A program made the position numbers and the translations under genes. A stretch of 63,117 bases of DNA, filler included, from Rhabdomonas costata (lineage: Eukaryota): assembly GCA_019059605.1 (NCBI GenBank). It is 30 parts of 30 records of this genome, joined end to end, with 100 filler letters (N's around TTAATTAATTAA, not from the genome) between each part and the next. Parts side by side here need not be neighbours in the genome. Positions count along the whole stretch, not along the records: positions 35,844 to 37,849 come from JAHMHO010006496.1; positions 37,950 to 39,955 come from JAHMHO010006497.1; positions 40,056 to 42,061 come from JAHMHO010006498.1; positions 42,162 to 44,167 come from JAHMHO010006499.1; positions 44,268 to 46,273 come from JAHMHO010006500.1; positions 46,374 to 48,379 come from JAHMHO010006501.1; positions 48,480 to 50,484 come from JAHMHO010006502.1; 23 more parts are not named here. One strand, given 5' to 3'. Below the pieces are notes generated by a model that saw only the letters and a program-made list of their open reading frames with translations, was not told where the DNA came from and ran no database searches. Positions within the stretch are counted from its first letter, which is position 1, and every line of letters begins with the position of its first letter. Shown here in pieces: positions 37,787 through 50,136 of this stretch.

Positions 37787-38825
37787 AACCGGATTAAGAA
37801 AATATAACGGTTGGTATTCTTTTATTTGAGCCGGAACCCACAACCCCACNNNNNNNNNNNNNNNNNNNNNNNNNNNNNNNNNNNNNNNNNNNNTTAATTA
37901 ATTAANNNNNNNNNNNNNNNNNNNNNNNNNNNNNNNNNNNNNNNNNNNNAGTGCTGGCATGCTTTCCGTCACCGCTTTAAATTGATTTTTTTTTGCAAAA
38001 TGTTAAAGCCAGTTTTCTGTTACCAGTGGTAACCGTTACCACCGGTAATCGTTACCACTGGTAACTTACCCCCCCCCCCCAACTTTCGTTGGGTCTTTGG
38101 TGCCACTTTGAAAGCTCATCCAGCCTCTCGGAAACCGTTAAGGTTGATCGTTGGAGTATGGTTATCCATGAAAGCCTTTCATTTTCCCTCTGCGGCGAAA
38201 TACTTTGTATGAACACCAAATATTGAACATTGAACAGCAGCTGATTGATTGTATGAACCATATCACGGGGTGAGCGGTACTCGTGGAAGAGGTGCCACCA
38301 AACGGTTCCGGTAATCAATCTTCCTGCAATCTCAAAGAGCCACGCCGGAAAGAGACATTTGCACCACTGAGGCCTGTATGTGGTGGAGGGCGGAGAATAG
38401 GCTGTTGCCCTGGCAAACATGACGAGCTGCGGGACAATAAGATGGAGAAGATGGGAGTTAACCCTGAGCCCCCACGTTCAAATTACTCAGCGCCGATCAA
38501 ATCGTCGCCTTTCCCTATCCCCACTGTATTCTTTGGAGATGCAGATAACAAGAACCGACATTGCAACTCGGGGGGGGGGGGGGGTGAGCGTGTGCAGGAC
38601 TAACGAAATGGGTGCTTACGCACCGCGGCACTAATGTTAGATGTTCAGAAACACACTGAAGGGGGTCTTATCCTCACTCGTATAATCGTCCAATTGCTTG
38701 CATTTTTATACGCAGAAAACCGCTTTCGATGTGCACCATCTCAGAATGTCTCGTGGGAAAGTCTATTTGGGGAGGCAGTAGGGGAGTACTTTCGCTTTTT
38801 GTGTAAGGGCTGTGCGGAGTTCCAG

Positions 38826-39633
38826 GGCTCGGCAGCGCAGCTGATGGCCGAGTTGTGCGCACTGAATCCCACCGCTGCGGTGGAAGAACTTCTGCTGCAG
38901 ATTCCGGTGTCTCAGGCAGCGCACCCTGCGGTCGTGCGAAGCCTGGCTGACTTTGCCTCCAATTCCAGTGTGAATGTGTGCAGCAGTTGGCGTTTTGTCT
39001 TGAGCAAAAACATTCCAAAACACACTGGCTAAAAAACCAACGCCTCATAACACCACCTTGAAGGGCCTCGTTGGGCAATTGTTGCTGGTCTTTTTCAAAG
39101 CAGCCAAACTTCCTGGGGACCTGTGTATCCTTGCAAGCCTTTTCGACCGGGAACCTAACATGCCTCATTGCTTCACGCGGTCACAGTGGTGCGTCATGTT
39201 GCTGTAATTTGGGTAGAGATGCTGTCAGGGGTTGTGTATGTGAGCCCAAGAGATCCCCCCTACATCCGGTAGCCGGTAATGGCACCCGTGCGAGGTCATT
39301 ATTTCCGGCTCCGGCTCCCCTCCCCGGACCCAGAAGCCACTCAGTGATTAGGGCGAAGATTTGCAAGTCCCCATTTCCCATTACCGGGTGGCCGCTGACA
39401 ATTGGTGCAGCTCGGGCAGGCAGCAGAAGCAATAGTAGAAGACCCCAAGAACTGCAATGGAAGAAAATCGCGTTCCGATAAGAAGCTGAACCTTGACAGA
39501 ATGACACGCATCCGATATGTTGTCCCCTGCACAGCGGAAAAGTTCTTGCCCAACCTTAAGGCTGTTCTGGCAAAGCTGTTGCCGGTGCTGCCCTACGCAA
39601 GGGCGGACCCCCTGAAGCTCGCCCTCAGCACAG
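38826..39633 (+). CDS. Maestro HEAT-like repeat protein (MROH1/HEATR7-like), exons 38826-38967 and 39535-39633
   Basis: VEELLLQIPVSQAAHPAVVRSLADFA and FLPNLKAVLAKLLPVLPYARADPLKLALST resemble the MROH1 N-terminus (ELL.k..pG..PH..VV.tLa.l / vP.l..vL..mLP.L). Phase-1 GT-AG join. Confidence 0.68.
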
Positions 39634-40119
39634 GTTTTGGATGAGCTCCATGACCCCCCCTATCTTGATCACTGTCACCACTTGCTTAGGGCATGGTGCA
39701 ACCCTTGCATGCACCGCATTGCAGCATTTACCTTGGCATATCACGCGCGTTAATTCTCTTTCTGTCTTTGCTACGCAGCCCTTATCTCCACCTCGATATG
39801 TTTTTGGTTTTACTTCCAGAAGCTGAAAAGGGGTTGCAAGGATGGGGAAGAATTACTAAAGGCACAACCACAACAGGTCGACAACCTTTGGGAAAGAATG
39901 CAAACTTTAGGCATACCCGGGAATGCAACAACCCAACCTTTCTTTCAAAAACACCNNNNNNNNNNNNNNNNNNNNNNNNNNNNNNNNNNNNNNNNNNNNT
40001 TAATTAATTAANNNNNNNNNNNNNNNNNNNNNNNNNNNNNNNNNNNNNNNNNNNNGGCAGAGGCCATTCAAGACCATTTTCCACAACTCTCACAGATACA
40101 ACTGCCAAAACGCCAAATG

Positions 40120-41538
40120 TTACACTGGCTCAATCTCTGCCAAAGTCCATTTCGGGATAGTCTGCTTTTTCCCGCATACGGTTCTCAGGCAGTTCACAAT
40201 GCACTTCGGAGGAAGCGGCCTCGGGATATTACCAGGACGATGTTCCCATACTACAGAGGCAATAGCACCGTACACCGCGGGGTTCAAATAGCGGAAGGGC
40301 TCAAAGCCCGTAAAGCTAGAGGGCTGAAGCAGGCAAGCGTAGCGGCCCAGCGCAGGTCTGTCAGCGGGAATGTCTCCTTGGACTGAGGTCCCAATCCAAA
40401 GCTCAGCATTATATCTCGAGGTTGGGTGCAAAAGCGGGTCCAGACGAAGAGTGCGGAGATGGGAGGCCCGGGCCCACCAAAAGTTGCCGCCGTAGAAGTG
40501 GTCCGTGTGAAGATTTTTGACTGTGCTCCGGAACAGGTGGATCCCAACGGTTTGGTAATGAGCCAGCAAGATGATGCACCACCGGAACATCCACACCGTG
40601 GCCCAGGTCATGACGCCTCTCCACATGTCCTGACCACGGGAGGATCGGTGGCCACCTTAAATGGCAACACAGAGATGCATAGCAATCGTTACGCCCAGTG
40701 CCCAGTGGAAGTGGAAAGATTTCCGAACTTTTCCCCTGTCGCAATTATAAGAGCCCAAATGAACACACACACACAGAGGACACATTTTACAGTTGAGTCT
40801 AGCACTCGTCTTGCTGATTCCTGGCGTACACATGTTTACTTCGGATGGGTCCAAGTGCGCGCATGTAATCGAGGAATGGGATGGGATGCGCTCGCCTTTG
40901 GTGTGGAGGTAGAGCACGTAGTCCTCAGGGTGTTGCCAGGTGTAGGCGTGGAGAGCCCGGAGGGTGGGATACTCGAACTCTCCCACAACCCCCCGAAATA
41001 CTACCGTGGCTCCGTGGAGTAATCCCGGGGTGACGCTCGGGCTGCCGACTATCCCGACGTACAGACGGGCGTGCTGAAGCAGCCCGGAGCAGTGCAGGGC
41101 ACGAAGAAGCTCCTCCGCCACCCCACCACTGCGCGGGGAGGAAAACCCGAGGTGCAGGAACACGGCCAGGCGCCGCGGAGGGCTTCCGAGCGCTTCCCGA
41201 AATATCGGCTCCCACAGACTTTCCTCAGAAGGCGACACCAAGGGTCCCAGGCGGTTGAAGAATGAGAGCTCCAATTTCCGCAGGGTTCGGAGCATCACTT
41301 TGGTGTCCTTGGAATGAGGAAGGCGCGAGGTGAAGTTTCCAGAAGGGCGGTTCACCCGTGAGGAAAGAAGAAGCTTCCGGAGCAGAGCAGTGGTCTCCGG
41401 GGACCCACCGCTCATGGTGGACGTGATGGTGACTCCGGGTTGGGAACCGGGAACAGACAAGGCATATGCGAGGTTTGCCACCACAACACTGACCAGCACC
41501 GTCCTGGTAAGCCGAAGGACGGGGCATTGATCTCCCAT
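40120..41538 (-). CDS. Complete two-exon type II membrane protein with a phage/giant-virus-like putative glycosyltransferase domain (exons 41538-40896, 40655-40120)
   Basis: Signal anchor, then FEYPTL, VLYLHTKG, WRGVM...WCIILL..YQTVG, HFYGGNFWWARASHL and RYNAELWIG. A GC-AG intron joins HTKG to GHRSSRGQDMWR. Confidence 0.75.
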
Positions 41539-42392
41539 TCCGACACAGGCTGTCAGAGCCATACAAAAGAAAGAGAGTCATGAACCGTCTGAAGCAGCAA
41601 CTTTCATGGAGAAAGTCATACTTGATTTATTCATCAAAGGAATGAACCAATTGGTAAGGTGAAAAGCAGTTTCTTCCTCCCTGAGAAAAGCTTCTTGCTA
41701 GACTCACCCTTTTAACATGTGGCCTGTGCTCGCCTTTTGAGCTTGGCTTTTCTTCGAGTGTGCTATCTCCCCATCCATCGGTATAGAGATCCATGTTGTG
41801 CTTTCATGGGCAGGTATAAATTGGCAATTTGGGGCCTTTTCGCTGTACTTGTTGTTATGAACACTTTACAGAATGGTGACACATCCTACAAATTAAAGGG
41901 AAAAGATGATGATCGATGATCACAAAAAAGAACCCAAAGTTTTTACCCCGTCTTTACAAGGAATTGCCACACTACCCACAGCAACCAAAAATGTCACTAC
42001 GCTGCATCGGGCGGATTTTTGGACCCCAACCTTCATAAAGACACTGTCAGTATTGGGCCACNNNNNNNNNNNNNNNNNNNNNNNNNNNNNNNNNNNNNNN
42101 NNNNNTTAATTAATTAANNNNNNNNNNNNNNNNNNNNNNNNNNNNNNNNNNNNNNNNNNNNGGTGGTGGGGAAAAGGGGAGTTGAGGTGGCCGGGTGCCT
42201 TTTGGGCCACTGGCAACCTGCCAGGGATGTGTTGCCATCGTATTTCGTCTTGCCGTTCTGTGGCTTTCTCATTTCATTGTGGGCCAGGTTCTCCCGAGGT
42301 TTGCATAGGAGAGAGAGAGAGGGAGGGAGAGAGATAAGGGGGGAATGATGCGTCGATACAAATACTGGGAATGTTGCGTTGTTTCCACACAG

Positions 42393-43729
42393 CTTCTGGC
42401 GGGGCCTGCGATCTTCCCGAAAGGTTTTACGCGTTGGAGAGGAGGGGCCTGGGTGGTGAAACCGGAGCATCCCTCTCCCTGTTTTTGTCGTGCCCTCTCC
42501 TCAGGACGAGACCCCACCTTGGTTCCCTTGCGCTAGTCGCTGGCCGTTTATTTCGGCCCCTCAGACGCGTTCAATGTCAGTGTTACGTCTGCTCGTCGCC
42601 CCCGCATTCATCGTGTCTTTTCCTCCCCTTTTACAGCTGTGACGGATTCCACGTGTTGTGCCCTGCCGACCGGAAGAATGTCGGGATGCAGTGCCGCGCA
42701 AAGGCCGGCGCCTGCGATGTTCCAGAGGTGCTATGCTGTGTGAGGATCACGCAGGAAGGGGGGTGGGGGGCGGGAAATAGATGCCTTCGTACCCCTTGTA
42801 CCTCTGGCAGAACTCATCTCAGAGGTAATGTAATTGATGCCATTAGCTCCATGGTGCCTGCGTTCTGACCGGCATACTAGGGGCTCTTCTTCTCAAGCCT
42901 GTATCGTATATGTATTTGGACGGACGACTTTTTGTCCCCCCAAACGCCCAAACCGTTTGGCAACCCGTTTGGCTGGTTTTTTCTCTTCATCGCAGTTTTG
43001 CACGGCGAATTCCAGTGACTGTCCTGTGGACATGCTGCAGCCTGCGAACACCCCATGCAACTCTGCTGCGGGAATGTGACCTCTTCCACACACATCCTCT
43101 GCTTTTTCTCGAATTCTCTGCCGTTTCGCAATGGATGCGAAGTCACGGCGCAAGTCAGTGATGCTCACTTATCCCTCCGCGGAGGTCCAAACCGTTCCCT
43201 AGCAGGCTTTATCGGTTGGTATACTAATCAGCCCGGCGAAAAGTATCTGCCCACTGTCCTGTCGAAGATGAGCCCTTCGCTGTGGGAAGTATGAGAAGCC
43301 ACACAGCGAATGGGGCTTTGAGAGGTTGGAACCACAATGGACCCTTCTAGATGCCACACCTAGAAGACGAAGAGATATATCCAGGGGCTGGGAATCTGCC
43401 AGTAAACTCTACTGAGGAGCAATGTCAACCCATCCAGAATGGGCCATAACCCATTAGTCTGGAAGCCCGGATGCGGCAGTGAAGGATGGATGGGTGCCTT
43501 TGCTGCCATGTACACACAAACATCCGTTGCTCTGCAGATGTCTGTGACAAGGCCGAGTGGTGCACGGGGAACTCTTCGCAGTGCCCCACGGACCAGAAGT
43601 GGGGCGCCGCTGTCATGTGCCGCCCCGCCGCAGGGCTGTGCGACGTCCCAGAATTCTGCGACGGGCAGGCCGACGCCTGCCCCCAGGACCTCCTGAGGCC
43701 CAACCAGTTCTCGTGCCGCTCCAGCGCTG
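42393..43729 (+). CDS. Tandem disintegrin-like Cys-rich repeat protein (exons 42393-42423, 42637-42727, 42996-43071, 43538-43729)
   Basis: At least four repeats of CR..AG.CD(L/V)PE.C.G.S..CP.D, the disintegrin-loop consensus. Confidence 0.88.
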
Positions 43730-44420
43730 GCATGTGGGGCACGTTTTTTGGGGCACCCTCGGCACGATGAATGCACTGTGAATGAAACGTGATAAAAAAC
43801 ACAGCCTCTCCTCCGTCCATTTCCACCGCATTTTTTCTGTTTCTGTTCGCTTCGTGGCGTTGGCATTTTCCTATGGGGCCGGGGGTTTTGCATCTTGCGT
43901 GAAGTGCTGGTCTGCTTCTCCTTGCTCTGAACTTTCCCATGGCGGGTTTTTGTTACATGCAGCGGAATCTTATCCGAAAACAGACCAAGAAACAACCCCT
44001 CCTGGCTCGACAGCAGACCCCTCCCCTTCACATCCAGCTGTTCACGACCAACCGCATATTGCATCCAATCAGTTGTTGAACGGAACACAAAAAACACTAT
44101 CGGCTTCCTCTGGCAGGCAGTTTCACGACGTACCATCGGAAGTGGACATTATAAAGGTCAACCACCCNNNNNNNNNNNNNNNNNNNNNNNNNNNNNNNNN
44201 NNNNNNNNNNNTTAATTAATTAANNNNNNNNNNNNNNNNNNNNNNNNNNNNNNNNNNNNNNNNNNNNGGGGTGTGGTTGGTGAACATAACACCAAGGGAA
44301 CTTCAGTTGACATATCCAGATCATGCATCCCACAGATGAGCGCATCGATACAACGATCGCAACAAAAGAGAGTGGGAAGGAAATGCACAAGTGGGAAAGA
44401 GAGAGGTCGAAAAGGCGGAC

Positions 44421-44637
44421 CCTCGGAGTGCAGGTAGTCCAGGCCATCCAGGATCTGCCCAAGATATTTCCTGAGCTCTTCTCCAGCAATCCTGCCGGCG
44501 CAGCTCAGGATTCGCTCCAGGGAGTTGGGCAAGTGCTCCATCACAAATAGCACCCGCTGGCCGTCCTCGTGGAACACCACGTCGTGCAATTGCACAATGT
44601 TCGGGTGGCTAGACTGGAGCTTCTCCAGGTTGTCCAG
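44421..44637 (-). CDS. Protein kinase domain exon (subdomains III-VIa)
   Basis: HPNIVQLHDV...LFVMEHL..SL...LRKYLGQILDGLDYLHSEG, flanked by AG and GT. Confidence 0.88.
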
Positions 44638-45664
44638 CTGATTATCAGGGGTCAGAAACCGAAGCGAAAGCGCTTATAAAAATGCACATCAAACAAGTAA
44701 AATGATGTACCCCAAATGAAAGCCGGAGGATAGTCTCTATTGGAATCCCAGGGGACACGTGCATCGCCTGCAAACCCGTGCATCTCCTTCCAGCCCCCCA
44801 ATCTGCTACCTTGTCGCTTACAGAACTGGACTGCTCGACTGCTGGGAGGGCGGTGTCCTTATGCCAGGGGGGTACATTAATGGACTGGAGCCAAGCACAT
44901 ACTGGGATGCGGCGAGTGCGGCATATCTGCATGCATATACACGTCACAGTCACTTGCTGTGGTCGAGTCGAGAGGTTCCTAGAATCTCTTTGGGTATGTG
45001 AGGGTCCTGAGCTCGCAAACTTCAAGCCCAAGACTCGTCAGTTTGACGGAAGTCGTCTGCAAGCGACATCAGGACTGTGCCGGCTAAGCGATCTTTTCAA
45101 TAGCTCCTCCCTTTTTGGAGAGAGCGAGCAGTCCATCTTTCGTTTTGTACGGTCAGCCATGCTTCGTTCTGTCTTCGTGTGAACTCTTCCCTGCAAAAAA
45201 AAGGTGCAAGTGCAACTTTATTTCAGTAGCTTCCTCTCCCTGGAAAACCTCGACGAGCACTCACACAACATTCACGTCAGGGTCGTTACTGGGCAATACA
45301 GCCATTGCTCGGTGTTTATTCTTGCAGAACGGATGGGGCTTCGAACCCGCGGGTACGGCGTTCGCCGGGTCTTATGTTGCTTCGTGGCCCCTCGTTTGAA
45401 TCAACTCGCACCCCCGGAGCTCGTGGCTCCTCCCAGCCCTGTCGGAGGTTGGAGCACCCGCTCTTCCGAAGGAGGGCCCCCCAAGACCGTCCCTACGATC
45501 TCTCTATGCTTCCAGACTAATCCTGCAACAATGACAATGGGTGTATCGTGGCGGGCAAGAAGAAGAGCAGGATGGGAATGAAATCATGTAACAGAATACA
45601 GCCAAGCAAAGCGGCGAAGAGGTCCGGGGGAGAGGGAGGGTGCAAAAGGAATGCTTCTCGTGCC

Positions 45665-45815
45665 TCGAGGACCGCCACCAAAGAGCGCGCCCAGTTTCGC
45701 AGCGTGGGCAGTGGGATGGGATTGACGAAGTAGTGCGCCAGTAAGTGGGCCAAAGTGCACTCCAGCCCGGTGTGTAGCACGTGGAACCCATCCAAAGCGG
45801 AGGACATCACGCCCT
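45665..45815 (-). CDS. Upstream exon with a degenerate kinase-like segment
   Basis: LECTLAHLL...PIPLPTLRNWARSLVAVLE resembles the alphaD-alphaE region of a kinase. Confidence 0.45.
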
Positions 45816-46375
45816 CCCCGAAGGCAGTCTACAAAAAATGGTGTCCAGTCAGCGTTCTTCACGAACTTTATGAGCCCTGCTAAGGTCAAAGAGCCACCTC
45901 TGAGAAGGCTACACGGTGGTGTGCACATTCTTAAAGGATACTAAAGAGATAAAACTACCGAGAGAAGCACCTATTCCTGGCAAAGAAAAAAGGAAGGGCA
46001 TCTGCCCGTTGACGGCATCGAGGCTGCACAGGTCACTACGTCGCTTTCCAAACATCGAAGGGAAAAGGGCCTATGTAAAAGGTCGAACAGCGAACAAACC
46101 CTGCATACCTTAAAAGACATATTCTGTTTCTTGTACTGGACCTGGGTGCTTAGAGTATTTCGGAGAGTCAGTTTCTGCAGGCATCACGTCCAACAAACGT
46201 CACCTGCACTTTCATCATTGTTTCTTAAACGGCTATGGCATAGGGGTAGATCAAGGTGTTTTCCAAACCCAACNNNNNNNNNNNNNNNNNNNNNNNNNNN
46301 NNNNNNNNNNNNNNNNNTTAATTAATTAANNNNNNNNNNNNNNNNNNNNNNNNNNNNNNNNNNNNNNNNNNNNGG

Positions 46376-46443
46376 TTTTGACATACATTAGCAATCTGGC
46401 ACTGCCATATATAGCAGTGCCAGATTGCTAATGTATGTCAAAA
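46376..46443. repeat. Perfect inverted repeat, 30-bp arms, 8-nt loop, at contig start
   Basis: 46376-46405 is the reverse complement of 46414-46443. Confidence 0.95.
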
Positions 46444-46497
46444 TCGCAAACCATACGGTCCTCGCGTCTGGCGGAAGTCCACTTACTGCCACCGTGC

Positions 46498-46584
46498 GTA
46501 GGTAGTAGATAGTAGATAGTAGGTATTAGGTAGTAGGTATTAGGTAGTAGGTAGTAGGTAGTAGGTATTAGGTAGTAGGTAGTA
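46498..46584 (+). repeat. 7-bp tandem repeat (GTAGGTA with variants), ~12 copies
   Basis: Directly visible. Confidence 0.9.
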
Positions 46585-48927
46585 TGAAATGTAACATCGT
46601 TGCAGTCGGATCAATATCCCAAGTATTGGTAATTGTGGAGATCCTGTGTTACCCTGCTACAGTACAGAGCGATAACACTTCCGTACATGAAGGATACATC
46701 ACTTGTTGCGCCATATGAAGTATGCATGACAATTATTCTAACAAATGTAACCACAGTAGGCTTTTGCAGGTGTAACAGTGGCTACCTATGCAGAATGCAG
46801 ACTCAAAAGATAGCTACAGATGTTCCGTAATTCAGATAGGGCATCATTTAGACATCCATGGTTGAGTGCAACAAAACTGCTCTTGGCAAGATAAATAAAA
46901 TAGTGCTAAGGCAAACATAGATATGCTCTCTGTGGTGATGCATAAAATTCCCAATGTTTGACGACAAACCTCAACTCTATTGAGGCAATCTATTTGCTAC
47001 GCTTTTTCAGAAGAAATCAAAAAACACTCCACTGTGTAACGTCAGTGCTATACGTAAAAATATAATAAATGCACTGACTGACCCTCACAAGTCTTACTAT
47101 TATTTTTAGCCTGATTTGTGTGTAAATGATGCTGTGAACCACAGGGTGGATTTTTACGTGCGCTATAGAAATTAAAATGGCAACTTCACAGCAATACTAT
47201 ATAAAAAGCTCATTTGGTCATCATGGCAAAGCAATGAGAATGAATCTGTTACTCGGAAAGAGTATTTCTCAGACTCTGCAATGTAAGCTAGACTAGTTGT
47301 GTTTTTCGTTCCAAAAATAGCAAATGTAATTTTATAGTTGTTATAGTTTGGCTTTAATGATAATTTCATTTCATTGTTGTGGTAAAAACTATGCCATTGA
47401 ACTGCGCGCGGGTGCTTTATTTTATGCGACGTGATGTAACATTTTTTCTCAATAGTTGTGGGAAGTTTTTTCGTCAAAGAAAGTGTTTCATTGACACAAT
47501 ATGCAGGAAAAGGGGCGCTTCAAACGGTAGAAGCATTCCAGATGTTATTGTTTCATGCAGCTTTGCATATTTGTCACCTGAAAGCGCAGCAGAATAAATC
47601 AAGAACTGTAGTTTTAAAATGTACTACCAGACCTTCATCACTGGGTGAAATATTTTGGCATGAAGTTGGTTCAACAACAACGCGCAATTTCAATAATTGT
47701 TTTTAATATGGTTGGAGTGAACAAACCGGCAACTGTTACGGCTAAAGAGCATCTGTCTGTAGCTCTTATGATATTTCCTAATGAATCCTGGAAACTCATT
47801 GTCACGCATATGTTATTGGGGCATCATGTTTTGTAATGTGCCTTGCTGTCTTCGCGCGGCAAGTTCTTATTTTCAGTTGGATCTTACTATCAAGCAAAGT
47901 TGTGTTCCTACATAAAGCCGCAGCTGTTATTGGACTATGAAAATCTATCACTGCTAGTTTTTGAAACTAATAATTTTAAAAGCTCCAAGCAAATACAAGT
48001 TAATGAGCAATCTGCGTCAATACAACGTTGTCTTGATCTGAGTTCCATATTGTAACGCAATCACAGTTTAAGATTATATGAGCCATGCATCTGCTGTGGT
48101 GAGCTATTCCCGTCATGGCGTGTACTGAGCTTCGCGTCAGCCAACCGTAACAAACACTACAGCACCTTTGTTCTCACTGAGGTTTACGAACGTTTTTGAC
48201 ACGCTAGAGTTTTGTTTAGTGAATGATAGAGGCAGAAGGCGTAGAAATTATAGCGCTCCACAGGTAATAAGCAGAGCCATAGGCCGCATTCCACCAGAAT
48301 TAAAAACATTGTGTTACTACTTGCAACGTTCGTAACAAATTCACCTTTTTTAATTTGCAAAATGACCACACAACCAACCNNNNNNNNNNNNNNNNNNNNN
48401 NNNNNNNNNNNNNNNNNNNNNNNTTAATTAATTAANNNNNNNNNNNNNNNNNNNNNNNNNNNNNNNNNNNNNNNNNNNNGTTTTGTTTGTGTTTTGTGTG
48501 TGTCTGTGGAGTGGAGGGGAAGCGGGTTGTTGGGTGCATGTGGGGGTAGGGTGGAGAGACACTTTTGTCGCTCATCGTCTGCTCGAGACCCCGGTCACTC
48601 TTCAAGCAACTGGGGCCACAGTGACCTTCACCATCACGCCTGAGCGAGACCAGCCTGTTAGACCGTAAATATGGATTGGAGCCGATTTCGGTTCCGGACA
48701 GCATCCATTCCAGTGTTTTCCCTTTACATAAAGTTGCCTGGGAGAGTTTACCGAGTTTCACTTCCATCGACTGCACATGTGTGTGTGGACACAGACACCC
48801 CAACGTGCCATGGTAGCTCAACGCCAAAACAAAAAGGAAAACGTTACCCCACCCCCTTCCTCCAAATTGGATCGGACAGGTGGGTACAGACCCCGGGGGC
48901 GGGGAGACGAGGTAGTATGGGGCGCAC

Positions 48928-50136
48928 CGGCTAAGAAGATCGTCCTCCTCGAGGTTGGGGGAGTCCCACAGCAGCATCCACAGCACCTTGGCACTGCGAT
49001 CGCAGATCTCGCGGCACCACATGTACGTCCCCATGGCGTACACCAGGGTCTCCAGCCTGGACTTCACTTGGGCATGGGTCTGCCGCGAGGGTTGAAGGGG
49101 GGCAGGGTGTCAACCCATCCATGAAATGGTCATGAACAAGGCGGAACAGTTCAACCCTACACAGCCTAGAAGGCAGGAACACTCCACAGCGACAGGTAGT
49201 TGAAATTGAAAAACAATGCGCAAAGAGGATCGGAAGTCCTGTGTCCACTGTACAGTGCGGAGCGTCCAGGTCAATCGGACAGTGGATGGTGTTCATGGAG
49301 CGGAGACAACGAAGATGGATTTCGGACAAAGAAAAGCTGGTCAACACACAAACAGAGATGACCGCCTCAAGAAACTCGGCCTCTCTTTCCAGTGAATGCC
49401 TCGCAATAATTTAGGTATACAGAGGGAGGGAGGGAGGGAGACCCGACCTGAGTGCGGACGCTGTGATGCAGAGCGGCCAAGTTGGCGCTAGCCGCGGGAG
49501 GTGGAGAGGCCAGCGCCTCGCCGTCGGTGTTTCGTGAGAGCCCCAGCAGGGCCTCCAGGCACCCCAGCAGGTCCAGGACGTAGGGGTCGGGCAGGCGCCC
49601 AGCGGAGGCCTCCAGGCAGCTACACACAGCCCATAGCTCACAACACTCCCCTCCCACAGCAAGAAAAAGGAGAAGCGAGAGAGCGGCCGAGAGAGAGAGA
49701 GAGCAAGAGAGCCCGGGGGGTGGGGGGACTGAGTGGTGGAGAGGATGACAGATGATACAGGTCTTCATGTATGGCAGCTGGGCACAGGCAACCAGTGTGC
49801 TTGTCAGAGAATTAAGACCAAATACCTACCCAAGACGATCTGCGCCCAGGAGCCCTCTCTGCTCCGCCTAGCCCAATCTACCGTTTAACCATAGAAGAGC
49901 AGCCGAACTTAACCCGTCTCACAACGGCAGTAGCAACCCCTACCCTGCAACAGGAGTTAAACACCAATGCTCCACATTCGAGGCCACTTCGAGTCTAAAA
50001 CCAGAACCGCGCAGATACTCCCCCCCTCCGCACACGCACACCGACAAAGCACTCGAGGTGCGCCCTCTTCGACGAGCTTCAGGGCCACGCTGAGCTCGGA
50101 GTCCAGCACCTGCTCCCTCTCTCGGGCGTATGCTTC
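48928..50136 (-). CDS. Multi-exon unidentified alpha-helical protein fragment
   Basis: Coding-like exons EAYAREREQVLDSELSVALKL, LWAVCSCLEASAGRLPDPYVLDLLGCLEALL and VKSRLETLVYAMGTYMWCREICDRSAKVLW, with splice signals. Confidence 0.5.

Noticed and set aside
45321-45400. GGTTCGAAGCC (T-loop/B-box-like) on the minus strand suggesting a tRNA
   Set aside because: I could not fold an acceptor stem, D arm or anticodon arm around it.
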